64,000 nt of DNA, from positions 20,956,001 to 21,020,000 of the forward strand of contig NC_043000.1 in NCBI RefSeq assembly GCF_006345805.1. Reading direction: 5' to 3'. The translations under genes and the position numbers were made by a program. Within the stretch, counting starts at the first letter, position 1. Every line of letters begins with the position of its first letter. This DNA comes from Octopus sinensis (lineage: Eukaryota). Below are positions 35,501-48,800 of this stretch, one piece after another. The notes beneath the pieces were generated by a model. That model was not told the origin of the DNA and did not search any database. It worked only from the letters and a program-made list of their open reading frames with translations.

Positions 35501-38500
35501 GGTGGTCATTAGTGAACAAATTAGTGAACATTAGTGAACACCACTGAAAGCACGCGTAATTCAAAGTTTTTCACTTTGATATCATCACGTGAGAAAAAAT
35601 TTCTAGCATGAGGGAGTAGCTAAAACAAATCTGTCGGATGGAGTTATATATGGTTATGTAGAAAAATGGTTTCAATTAGAAAAGGAACATTTCTAGAAAT
35701 TAATAAAATAGTAATTAATTCATTTATCTGTAAATCGCTATGTTGTCATTCAGGCAGCTAGAAATAGCAGCCAGATTTCCCTCCAATAACACTTTATTGT
35801 CTTAAAAAGCAGAAAGGTATCTAAAAAATTAGGAGGTCAGGGTACTTGATTCCACGCAAAAAATCCTAGTTTTTTTTTTTTTTTCTTAGTGAAAATCGTG
35901 CGGGTGTTAATCTGTAATTTTACCGAGGTATCAATCATAGGATACCTGGCACGCTAGACGGAATAGCCAAAATCCAAACCACTATGAGGGATAAATTTCA
36001 AAGGGAATGAAACATTTACCATCTATTTCCTGGACCATGGTTTCTGACTTTTTTTAGCAAACAAAATAATTTGCTAGGCAAAGTCTTCATCAACAGGTAT
36101 GCCTAGATTAAACATATAAATACAAGGTAATCCAGCATGTGTCCGTGAATTTTCAAATCCACCACGCAAGAACAATTTTTGTCGGCAGCAAATAAAATAA
36201 TGCTGGCATTACTTTGAAAATTTGCCAGAAAAATTATCAATAATTAACAATATCAGGGTAAGAAAAAATTTTAGAAATTTTTGTACTCTTAGCGCTCCAC
36301 TGGCATGAGTGCCAGTCATTGAATTTGCGAATTTGATTTGATTTTGATATCCTGTCCCCTTCCAACTTTTAGTTCATGCAATTGAAAAAAACCCACATTA
36401 TTTATGAGATGACCCAATATATAGACATATACAAACATACAAATATACATAGACATATACAAGCATATACAAATATACAGACATAAACAAACATATATAG
36501 ACATATATAAACTTACTCTTCAGGACCCTTACAAGGTAGAGACCCTTCACTAGCTTCTTTTAGACTTTTAAAATAGTCAATGGTAACAATCTGACATTGG
36601 GCAGCAAGTGCGCATACAACCTGGAAAAGAATACAAAAATTCAGTTTAGAGAAGTCATTATGAAACAAAAAAAAGTAATATAAAAGAAAAACTATACAAA
36701 CATATAAATTTCTTGAACAAATTATTTTACTGGTTTAATTGAAAAGTAGCAATAAGGTAAACATTGGAATCTGAATAAAATGGTAATGGTTATAAATAAT
36801 TAATAGCAGTGCTAATTGTGCTTTTGCAATTTACTTCTTTAACAGTATTTTAATTAATATATTGGGGGGAGTGGGGATGGCAAGACACTTTGGATGTGGA
36901 CAAGTGAGTCCTTTTAAATTCCTTCTTTAAATTTCAGAAACATAAAGCACCATCCAAATGTGACTGATGCCAGTACCCACTGACTAGCACTTAAAAAGCA
37001 CTACCCGAATGTGATTGATGATTGACTGGCTCCTGCGCCGGTGGCACATAAAAAGCAAGCACTACACTCTCAGAGTGTTTGGCGTTAGGAAGGGCATCCA
37101 GCTGTAGAAACATTGCCAGATTAGATTGGAGCCTGGTGCAGCCACTGGTTCTCTAGACCTCAGTCAAACCATCCAACCCATGCCAGCATTGAAAACGGAT
37201 GTTAAACGATGGTGATGATAAAATGTTTTATAATTAAGGATCGCTCTTACAGACGGGAAGCAGTATTGGCCACATCAAAACACTGTGTGTGAGCAGTGCG
37301 ATGTCTCATTCTGTGCAATAGTGTTTTCAGATACACCACACTGAGAAGATTGCAAATACACTGCAAAATTCCTTGCATGAAGAATTATGTTGTTACAGAT
37401 TAGCCTAATACTGGTACACAGCACAGACTGTCAGTACTAAATCCATCTGCAAGGGGTTAAGATGGTGAGCTAGCAGAATTGTTAGCATGCTGGGCAAAAT
37501 GCTTAGTGGCAATCTGTCTGTCTTTACGTTCTGAGTTCAAATTCTGCTTAGGTCGGCTTTGCTTTTCATCCTTTCAGGGTTGATAAAATAAGTACCAGTT
37601 GAGAACTGAAGTAGATGTTGTCAACTATACGACTTCCTTGAACTTGCTGGCCTTGCGCCAAAATGTGAAACCAATTAAAGGTCTCATCAGTTTGGTCAGA
37701 TGGGACAGGGCCCATCTTAAAATATATTACATCAATAACCGACCATAAGAAAACTACATCATCTAACTTGTAATACTAAAGGGTAAAGACCCCCTTCGGT
37801 CACGAATGACCATGGGATAGCACCTAGAAAGTTCCCCTCTGAGGCACAAGTCCAGGCAAGGTTGTTTATGGAAGATCAGCAGTTGCCCATACATACCATC
37901 CTCTCCTCACCACACCACTGATGTTATCCAAGGGAAAAGCAAAGGCTGATACAGCATGGCACCAGTGATGTCACATCTCACTGCTACAGCTGAGTGAACT
38001 GCAGCAACGTAAAATAAAGTGTCTTGCTCAAGAACACAACACACAGCCCAGTCTGGGGATCAAACTCACTACCTCATGATTGTGAGCCCAATGCCCTAAC
38101 AACTGGAGCCGTGTGCTTTCATAACTTGTAATACTAATCACATTCAAATAAACCTATTAGTAACCGCACTCAAAAACTGACAATCATAATTGTACTTTGT
38201 GTGTGTGTATGTCAGACTGACAAAATATTTCATTCATCATGCTTTCCATGCTGGAATGGGTTGGACGGTTTGACTGAAGGCTGGCAAACCAGAAGGCTGC
38301 ACCTGGCTCTAATCCAATCTGGCAATGTTTCTACAGCTGGATGCCTTTTCTAATGCCAACCACTCCGAGAGTGTAGTGGGTGTTTTTTATATGTCACCAG
38401 CACGAGGGCCAGTCAGGCGATACTGGCATCAGCCACGCCCGAATGGTGCTTTTTACGTTCCATCAGCAGAGGGGCCAATCAGGCAGTACTGTCATTGGCC

Positions 38501-41500
38501 ACGACAATGACTTCATTTGCTTCAACAGGTATTTGTGAGCACAGTTTATTGCCCAAAATAATGTAAAATATCAAATGTGATTGAGTTTCCCTCTCTCTCT
38601 CTCTGTATAACTAAACTATAACTAGCACTCCATCAGTTATGATGACAAGTGTTCCAGTTGATCCGATCAATGGAACAGCCTGCTCATGAAATTAATGTGC
38701 AAGTGACCGAGTATTCCACAAACATATGTACCTTTAACATAGTTCTCGGGGAGATTCAGTGTGATACAGAATGTGGCAAGGCTGGGCCTTTGAGTTACAG
38801 GTACAACTCATTTTTGCCAGCTGAGTGGATTGGAACAACATAAAATAAAATGTCTTGCTCAAGGACACAACACACTGCCAGGAATTGAACTCACAACCTT
38901 ACGCTTGTGAGCCAAATACCCTAACCACCAAGCTACGTTCCTTCACTCTTTCTGTACAATGCTTAAAACAGTTGTTACAAACCTTCACAGTAACTGAAAT
39001 ATAATCCATAACCAAAAAGCTGCATTTATCATTCCATTCATTAGCCACTTTGCCATCAAAATATTTCACAACTTGGTCCAGTTCTAACTTGGCAGAATTC
39101 TTCAAACAAGACGACGTGACAAGTAAAGGATTAAAGCGAACCCTAATAAAAAAAATAGAAAATATTAATGTTCTCAATATTCACAATGCAAGGTGGGAGA
39201 ATTCAAAATATGATGCCGTCCAACTAGGAAAGGCATATTGTATATGATGACTACCATTGTAATACCATTGTGATGAAAGATGACTAGAATTGATGAACAC
39301 TAACAATTACACTGAAATTACACAGAAATTAAAATGGTGATATAACGATGATGATGATGATGATGATTGACAGTAAAAACAATAATTATAGTAAAGAAAA
39401 TAAAATCCAGTGTCTTTCAAAGCTAATAATACTTGAAGGGGGGGGGGCAATGTACCTCATGGGAATACTGTGGCTATACAGAGATACATCCCCATCTACC
39501 CTTAACCATTTAGCATTCAGATTTCTCTGTCAAATGTAAATGCTTATTTATTCATATTATTGGATCATTCCATAAATAATGCAGTTTTTTAATACTTTTT
39601 TTTCACTTTTCAAAATTAAGGTAAACAAATCTAAAATATACTCTCCTTCATTTTCTACAATGCTCTTCCATTTATCTGGTAGACTTGCAAGGCCCCTCTT
39701 CCAAAATTCACTTGTCTGTGACAAAAAATACTCCTCCAGTACTGTTCTGACCTTGTCTACAGATTTCATATTTTTTCCAACTAAATGATATTGAAGACTG
39801 CAGAATAAATTATTAATCAGATGGGGCAATGTCTGGCAAATATGTCCGGCTCCAGCCTTTGGAATGTCATCCTTACTTTATGTGACCAAGCATTATCTTG
39901 ATGGAATAACACCTCTTGTCTTGAAACCAACAATGGTTGTTTTTCTTCAATGACTTAAGCCACTCAAGCTGCTTGCAGTAGATCTTTGTTATCATTTGAT
40001 TTGGGTTTAAAAATTCAAAGTGGACTAAACCTTTTATATCCCACCAAACAGATAACAACTCCTTCTTTAGCCTGGGGTGCTAGTGTTTCTCCTTTCCCTA
40101 CCCACTATCTTTGGGACTTGACGTTTTTATAGAGAACCCATTTCTCATCACCAGTTACTACTCAGTCCAAAAAAGGTTCATTCGTGAGGCATGACAGCAA
40201 AGAAGAGCACACATTCACTCTCTGCACACGACTACTCGGAAAGTTTGTGAGGAACCCACTGACTCAATTTGCTGACTTTTCCAATGGCACACAGGTGTCA
40301 ATGAATGGTGAATGACCAAATCCAAGCTTCTCTGCTAGTTTCTCAACACTTACGATGGGATTTTGTTCCACCGGGGTTTGCAGGACGTCCTCATCAAGCT
40401 CTACAGATCTTCCAGGATGAGGCTCATCTTCTAGGCTGTCATTTCTGGCTCAGAATTTCTGGAACCACTATTGACACTGGCTTATGCTTACTGTCTGATC
40501 ACCATATACTGCATTAATATTCCTTGCACTTTCTTATTTTATTTCTTTTAATACTCTTTATTGCACAAGGGGCTACACACAGAGACGACAAACAAGGACA
40601 GACAAATGGATTAAGTCGATCACAGTGTGTAACTGGTACTTAATTTATCGACCCCGAAAGGATGAAAGGCGAAGTCGACCTTGGCAGAATTTGAACTCAG
40701 AACGAAATGGCAGACGAAATACCGCTAAGCATTTCGCCTGCGTGCTAATGTTTCTGCCAGCTCACCGCCTTTCTGTTGTGTTGTTGCCTTTATTGAACTC
40801 ATAAAGCAAAGTATGTGGAATATACATCTTTGTCACTTTCATTATAGCTTTGAAAAAATAACTGTTAAAATCGAACAGCACTCTTCAAAACTTGCACTAA
40901 GAATAAGGACAAAGTTAAACTACTACCTGCTTTTATAGCAAGTTGATGCAGGTAGCTTATCCTGTCTCCCTCTGACATTCAGTTTATGCAATTGAAAAAA
41001 AAAACACATTATTTATGGGATGACTCAATATTTTGAATTAATCATGATTAATTAATCTTGTAGTTTCATAATTTTAATGATGTGATTGTCTATTTTTAGA
41101 ATGCTATTGTAGGGTAGGTGTGAGAGGCCAGATCTGGTTGGTTTTAGCATAAAACAGAATATTTGAGTTGGATATGACTAGTTTAAATAGGAAAGGGTTA
41201 AAGCACATGACTTGGAGTTAAACAACAACCATGAAATAGTGATGCAGAAATCTTACATACAATGTCTGGGAGCAATTTAATTTAAAGGAGGTACTTATAG
41301 TTATTTTGGTGTGGCAGCAAAGATACTTAAAAGGGCAGCAAGCTGGCAGAAACATTAGCACGCCAGGTGAAATGCTTAGTGGTATTTCATCTGCCGCTAT
41401 GTTCTGAGTTCAAATTCCGCCGAGGACGACTTTGCCTTTCATCTTTTCGGGGTCGATAAATTAAGTACCAGTTATGCACTGGGGTTGATGTAATCGACTC

Positions 41501-42840
41501 AATCCATTTGTCTGTCCATGTTTGTCCCCTCTGTGTTTAGCCCCTTGTGGGTAGTAAAAAAATGGGTATTTCATCTGCCGCTATGTTCTGAGTTCAAATT
41601 CCACCAAGGACAACTTAACCTTTCATCCTTTCGGGGTTGATTAAATAAATACCAGTTATGCACTGGACTCGATGTAATCAACTTAATCCCTTTATCTGCC
41701 CTCGTTTGTCCCTTCTATGTTTACCCCCTTGTGGGCAGTAAAGAAATAAGCAAAGTTATTTAGAAGTTGTTATAGCTTACCAAAATGTTGACTTTGGGGA
41801 ACCAAACATAAGTTTGTCTCCTTCTTTTAGTTGTATTGCTGTATTTTGATTACATTTCTTCCTATTGATATATGTTCCATAGGATGATACATCTTGAATA
41901 GTCAGAGAAGACTTTGTGTAGGGAATCTTCTGAAATATCAAAGAAAAAAGAAGAGTATTAATTCGTAAAAAGAGTATTAAAAGAAGAGTATTCAAGAGTG
42001 TTAAGTGGATAGAACGGAAAACGTTTTATAAATAACAAATATGGATTAACCCTTTTGTTACCATATTTCTGTTGAGATACTCTGTTTTTTTTTTTTTCAA
42101 TTAATCTTAAATATAACAAAGAAATTAGTAAAATAACTTAGTTATTATTAAGCTAGTGTTAGGAACATAAATTGTGATTAAGGTTTGGTGGAAGATTTTA
42201 ATTCAGAACTTTTGAAAACAACACATTAGTAATACAGAGCCAGAGGTGGTTTCAGCCGGGTTGGTATCAAAGGGGTTAAGAGGGATAAGATCCTTTAAAG
42301 AAAAACAAACATGAATTTATTTAGAATGCATCAAGTGTACAAGAGTAAAGTATAAATATTGGTTCCAAATGCTAGCCACACAAGACCATTAATACCAGGG
42401 GGAAGGGGTAAATCAATGACGTGCATTCAACTAGTGCTTATTTTGTCAATGCCGAAAGGATGAGAGACAAAATCGACCTCAGTGGAATTTGAACTCAGAA
42501 TGTAAAAATGGATAGAATGCTGCTAAGCATTTTGCTTGGAATGCAAACGATTCTGCTAGCTTGCTGTCTAAAGTCATAAATATTAGAACCTAATTTAATT
42601 AGTAAAATATAAACAGAAATTGATTGAAGCAGATAAGGCAGTGCTGGAGTTGGCAGACTTTTTTGTTGTTTATCCTTCCCCCAGTACTCACATGATACTT
42701 TTATATATTGACCCCAAAAGGTCAATATATAATGCTGCTAAGCATTTTGTCTGGCCTGCTAACAATTTATCTGGCTTGCTGCCTTCACAGTTTGTTCGAT
42801 TCGTTTCGTTTCTTTTCTTCTTCTTCTCTAAGCTGGTTTT

Positions 42841-42878
<38 letters not shown>

Positions 42879-45800
42879 ATTTGGCTCAAAAGCAAATAGC
42901 AAGGCCATGTAGGGGGACATGGAGTTAGGTACAGGGTGGTGTTCATGTAAAGTGTTCAGGCCACTTGAGGTCCAGGGAGGCTTTGAACAAAGCAGTCGTC
43001 GGCATCTTCACCATCTCGTCTGGCAGCTTGTTCCACGGATCCGCAACCCGGACGGAGAAAGCTCCTCTCCTTCGATTGAGATGAAATCGTCGCAGGTAGA
43101 GCTTTTCGGAATGACCCCGCAGCCGACGCTCTGGAGCAGGAGTGAAGAACAGCTCTTTCGAGAGGTTACACTTTCCGCTTATGATGTTGTGGGCGAGAAT
43201 GAGATCACCACGGCGGCGGCGTTTTTCAAGAGAATAAAGGTCGAGCGTCCTCAGCCTTTCTTCGTAGGACAAATTTTTGAGACCATGAACCATGCGGGTA
43301 GCCAGCTTCTGAACTCTTTCGAGATGCTGTGTGTCTTTGAGGAGATAAGGAGAAGAGGCTTGAATCCCATACTCTAATATGGGTCTCACCAGCGTGACAT
43401 AGAGTGGTAGGAATATGGCTGCTGTGAGCATTCCGAATGACCATCGAATCAAGAACAGAATTCCGCGTGCTTTGTTGGCAGCATGGACACACTGGGCCGA
43501 AGGCGAAAAGGAGGAATCCACCAAGATACCCAGGTCCTTTACCTGATCGGTCCTCTCCAGCAGCAGACGACCCGGCTCGAAATCAAGTTGAGTTGCAGGA
43601 GGAGAGCCAACAGGCAGATGACAGCACTTTGACATGTTCAGACACAGGTCCCAATCGTTAGACCACTTCCAAATTTGGTGGAGGCATCGACGAAGATCCT
43701 CTATATCACCGCGAGGAGTGACCAGTTTGATATCGTCGGCAAATAGAAGGGTGTGTTGCGTGAGGTCGTCGGGCAAGTCATTTATGAAGACTAAGAACAA
43801 CAAGGGCCCAAGCACTGAACCTTGAGGCACACCACTGCTCGCACTGGAGACGTCGGACCGCGAACCATTAACTTGGACTTGGAAGGAGCGATCTGAGAGG
43901 AAGGCACCAACCCATCGTACAATATCCAGATGGAAACTATATGCTTGAAGCTTGACAAGTAATAGGCGGTGGTTTACCGAGTCAAAAGCTTTGGCAAAGT
44001 CCAATAAAACGATGTCAACAGCATCACTATCATCGAGGATGCGCGTCACCAATTCTTCCATTACTAGTAAGTTGGTCAAGCATGATCTCTTCGGCACAAA
44101 GCCGTGTTGGGAATCAGAGATAGAGGCTGTGTTTAGGAGGTGGAGCATCATACTTTTCTTAAGGATGGTTTCGAACATCTTGCTGATTATTGATGTAAGG
44201 GAAACCAGTCGGTAGTTAAGCGGGTCTTCGCGGCTCCCTTTCTTGAATATTGGGCAGATTATCGCTGTTCTCCAGTCTGCAGGTATAACACCCGTCGCCA
44301 ATGACATATAGAGTATGATACATAGATGGTTATTTTATATGTAACCATAAATATATATAGCAATGACGAAAGACCAAGACCTCTGGAGATATGCTGTGAG
44401 TGCGAAGATCCGACAAATGAATTGAGTTCATGGCTCGCAGGACAGCCTGCTGTGCTTACCTTGGATCATAGGGCGACCAGCTGTGCTTGAGGAGACCTAT
44501 TGAGTCAAATACATCAACAGCAAAATAAAAATCAAATGGAAATTGTAGTTGTGATACCCGTGCTGGTGGCATGTAAATAATACCATCCGAACGTGACTGA
44601 TACCAGTGCCGCCTTGACTGGCATCCATGTCGGTGACATGTATGATGCACCCTCCAATCGTGGACGTTGCCAGCCTCCTCTGCCTCCATTGCTGGTGGCA
44701 CATAAAAAGCACCCACTATACTCACGGAATGGTTGGCGTTAGGAAGGGCATCCAGCTGTAGAAACATTGCCAGATCAGATTGGAGCCTGGTGCAGCCTCC
44801 TGGCTTCCCAGATCCCGGGCAAACCGTCCAACCCATGCTAACATGGAAAACAGACGTTAAATGATGATGATGATGATAAAATTGGAGTTTTATTGATAAA
44901 GACAGTTAATATACAAACTCCAATTAATGGTTTGAATTAATAATTAAAAGAATGGTGCAGTTGTAAATAAATATTCCTTATTAAAGTTCAATTAATTGCA
45001 GAAAGAATAAGAACAAATTTTACTAACGGCTGGATCTATTGTAATAATGGCATGTTTCCTGCTGACTGTCTTGTCATCGGCAATATTCAGGTCACAGTCT
45101 CTCCGTCCAATTGTAAATTCCACAGAACCTGTAATCTTGTGCTCATCTACAATAATAACAATAACAATAACAATAATAATAATAATAATAATAATAATGG
45201 GGGAGCATCATAGCCGTGTGTTGAGAGTGATTCTTTGGGGTTTGAATAATTCACCTTTGGAAACATAGGTGGTTCGTTCAACATCCTTAAACAACCCTTA
45301 TTCAGGAACCTTTTGAGTGGGATGGGTTACTCGACCAGAAGAAAATTCTAACAGGCCCCCATCTGCAAGGTCATGTGCTGTTTATCTTGATATGAGATCA
45401 CCATGTCGTGCACATATGGTTGTGATGCATGTGCTTAGTGTACCCTTATCAGACAGGTAGTCATGATGGGTATACTGGGCTTCGTATATTTTACCCCAGT
45501 GTCACTTTGATGACATGCACTGCTCTCTCACTCAATAATAATAATAATAATAACAATGGTAGTTTCAAATTCTGGCACAAGGCCAACAATTTTAGGGGTT
45601 TTCAACCAGTACTGAAAGGATGAAAGGCAAAGTCAACCTAGGCAGAATTTGAACTCAGAACATAAAGAGAAGAAAGAAATGCCACTAAGCATTTGGCCTA
45701 ATACACTAATAATTCAGATTTAAAACACAACCAAAATCTCTTGGAAAAAAAAAAATCACCCACCCCAACAAACTGGAAAGTTCCAGAAAGGCTATCACCC

Positions 45801-48800
45801 ACAGAACCTGAAAGCTCTCCTCTCTCCTAATCTACAACCAATCCCTTTGGATCAACAACAAGTTAGGGAGTGGAAAGGCCAAAAAGCATCTCTACCTAAT
45901 TTACAGGGTCTTCCTTTCTCCACCTATAAAGGTTCAGTGAACAGTTCTACAGAAGAAATTCTACCCTAAAGTCCAACCCTCATCAAAGCAGTAGGGCGGT
46001 GTAAACGGGCAGTGTCAGAGCCCTGGTAGGGCCACCCAAGGCAGATTGGTCTGGCACCGAGCAGTATTAGGGCTGCAACCTGGCCAACAGGGCTCTGGTG
46101 AAAATTCCAAGAGGCATCTGATCGGCAACCAGCGGCTTCGAGGTCATTCTGTCCCTGCATCTGTAGAGACTCCGTGGAAAACAGGGTGTCCTGTCACCCG
46201 GGATATGCATGCGGGATGTGAATTCAATATTCCCATTAAACTTCTATGAATCCTATGGAACTGCAAATGGCTCACTATCTCCAGTGACCTTGCACAGGAC
46301 TGTTGAGCATGGGCCGCCATGGTTCGTGATGCCATCAGGACCAGAGAAGAAGCCGGCTCAACCCGCCCTGGGTGAACGCCGTCACAAGTACAAGTCTACA
46401 GAAGAGAAAGCCTCCACACTTGATGTCCACATTGCATCCAACTCCATACTGCAGACACTAGGTAAATTTCTTCCAAAACTATGGCTTTTGACATGCACAC
46501 ACACATCAAGCAAAAGTGCCCTCTGGTTGCTTCAAATCAACAAGGCCACAAGCACTGACAATATCCCTTACATTATGCTCAATGTGCCTCAGAGCTTGTC
46601 CCTATCCTCAAACTCTTTAATCTCTCTCCCTCCATCCAAGGAAATACTTTGGTCTTTGGAAATATGCTACAGTGTGTCACATTCACAGAAAAACCAGCCT
46701 TTCTACAGCTCCTTGGTGTTGACGGGTCTCGTGCCACGTCCACTCAGAGATTCAACTCTCCTTTCATCAACTACATTGTCTCCACCCAAACCATACTCTA
46801 TAATAATCCCTACGCCCAATCCTTTCTGGAATTCCCTCATAACGTTTATCCTGCAGCTGCTGACATGCAAACAGTTCGAGCGAAACTTCATAACAATCTC
46901 ACCAGTTTCGGAAAGACTGTAAAAACCAAGGGTAAAGCTCTTCTTCCAGACGAAAACAATGAAGAAGAAAACCGTGTTGAATGATATTGATTGAATGCAC
47001 AAGTAGGAACAGATATTCTGCTTCGAATATCTTTCGAACTTATTTATAACTGTGTTGCAAACTTTAAGGAAGTCATTTTTAAACGAGTTGATCTTGTAAA
47101 TTTCTTCGTTTTCGTTCTCTTGCTTTTATTGACGGAAGCAACCCAAAACACTTGGGTTAATATAGGGCGTAACAAATATCAGAAAATCAAAAAAAAAATG
47201 TGTGTAATAGGTGTAAAACAACTTCCTATGAACGAATGTGAAAAAAAAAATTCGCGCACGCGAAAGGGGGGTTGGGGAGAGGCCTCGGAAAATTCACATC
47301 GGGAAGTTCCGAAAGCGTCTGAGGGGCTGACCCGGGCACCAAAACAAAAAAAAAATAGTGTAATATGTGTAAAACAACTTGCTCTAAACGAATATGAAAA
47401 AAAAATGCGCTCTCGCGAAAGAGGGGTGGGGGAGAGGCCTCGGAATATTTATATCGGGAATTTCCGAAAGCGTCTGAACCGGGCACAAAAACAAAAACAA
47501 AAACAGCGTAATAGGTGTAAAACAACTTGCTCTAAACGACTATCATGAAAAAAATGCGCGCTCGCGAAAGGGGGGTGGGGGAGAGGCTTCGGAAATTTCA
47601 CATCTTCAGTCCACGGCCTTTAAACTAAGAAAAAATAGTGTAATTGGTGTAAAACTACTTGTTCTAAACGAGTATCAAGAACACACACTCACACATGAAT
47701 CATAAACTCCGTATTTCGCAAAAAAAAAAATGAAGAGAAGAAATTCTGGAAAAAGTGAAGAAATGTTGGATCTCCGCCATGTGAATCAAAATACGTGTCA
47801 GAAACATCTTGAAATACTACAGAAATTATGTTACGAAAATGATAATGTATACATACCTCTTTGAGTGGTCCATCGATAATGATGATAAAGAAATGAGTTG
47901 GATTTGAACTCAGAATATTGACTAACACAACTACATACTACAAGACTCAAAATATTCAGCCAAGTCACCACCCTTTAACTAGCAATAATAATAACATCAA
48001 TAACATAACAGCCAAAAGATTTATTTGTTCTGAAAATAACAATCATAGTAAATAAATATGTTCTTTAATATTCACATTCATGTGCACAGTTAAACACACT
48101 TACATACAAACAGTCACGCATGCATAATACAGAACGGAACACATAAATGAAGGATGCATTACTTAGTATATATTACATCTAGAGAATTTTGATTAATAAG
48201 TCAAATATGCAAATTATAAAGATAATTAATTGCTTTACTAAACAGTGTTGTAAAGGTGAAAAAATAAATTTGGGAAAAAAATACGCGCCAAAACTAATTA
48301 ATAAAGGATAATTAGGGAAGGATTGACACAAAATAATAATTTTTTCTGTCTCTTTTTTTCTGATAAATGCATCTTAATAAGTGAGAAGAATTGCATATAT
48401 CTGAACTATTTCAAAGAAAAGCATAAATTTAATGTTTAAAATAGCTTTAACCAAGGAATGAGATCCAACATTTCTTCACTTTTTCCAGAATTTCTTCTCT
48501 TCATTTTTTTTTTTTTGCGAAATACGGAGTTTATGATTCATGTGTGAGTGTGTGTTCTTGATACTCGTTTAGAACAAGTAGTTTTACACCAATTACACTA
48601 TTTTTTCTTAGTTTAAAGGCCGTGGACTGAAGATGTGAAATTTCCGAAGCCTCTCCCCCCCCCCCTTTCGCGAGCGCGCATTTTTTTCATGATAGTCGTT
48701 TAGAGCAAGTTGTTTTACACCTATTACGCTGTTTTTGTTTTTGTTTTTGTGCCCGGTTCAGACGCTTTCGGAAATTCCCGATATAAATATTCCGAGGCCT

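Noticed and set aside
45940-46420. GC-rich segment with several overlapping short ORFs (45966-46335, 46209-46922)
   Set aside because: No recognisable protein motifs or exon-like splice pairs; looks like an unclassified retroelement 5' region next to a decayed CR1 fragment, which I cannot classify.
46880-46960. Minus-strand CTGGAAGA ... CCGAAACTGGTG resembling a Penelope hammerhead
   Set aside because: Core and stems too degenerate to support a call.
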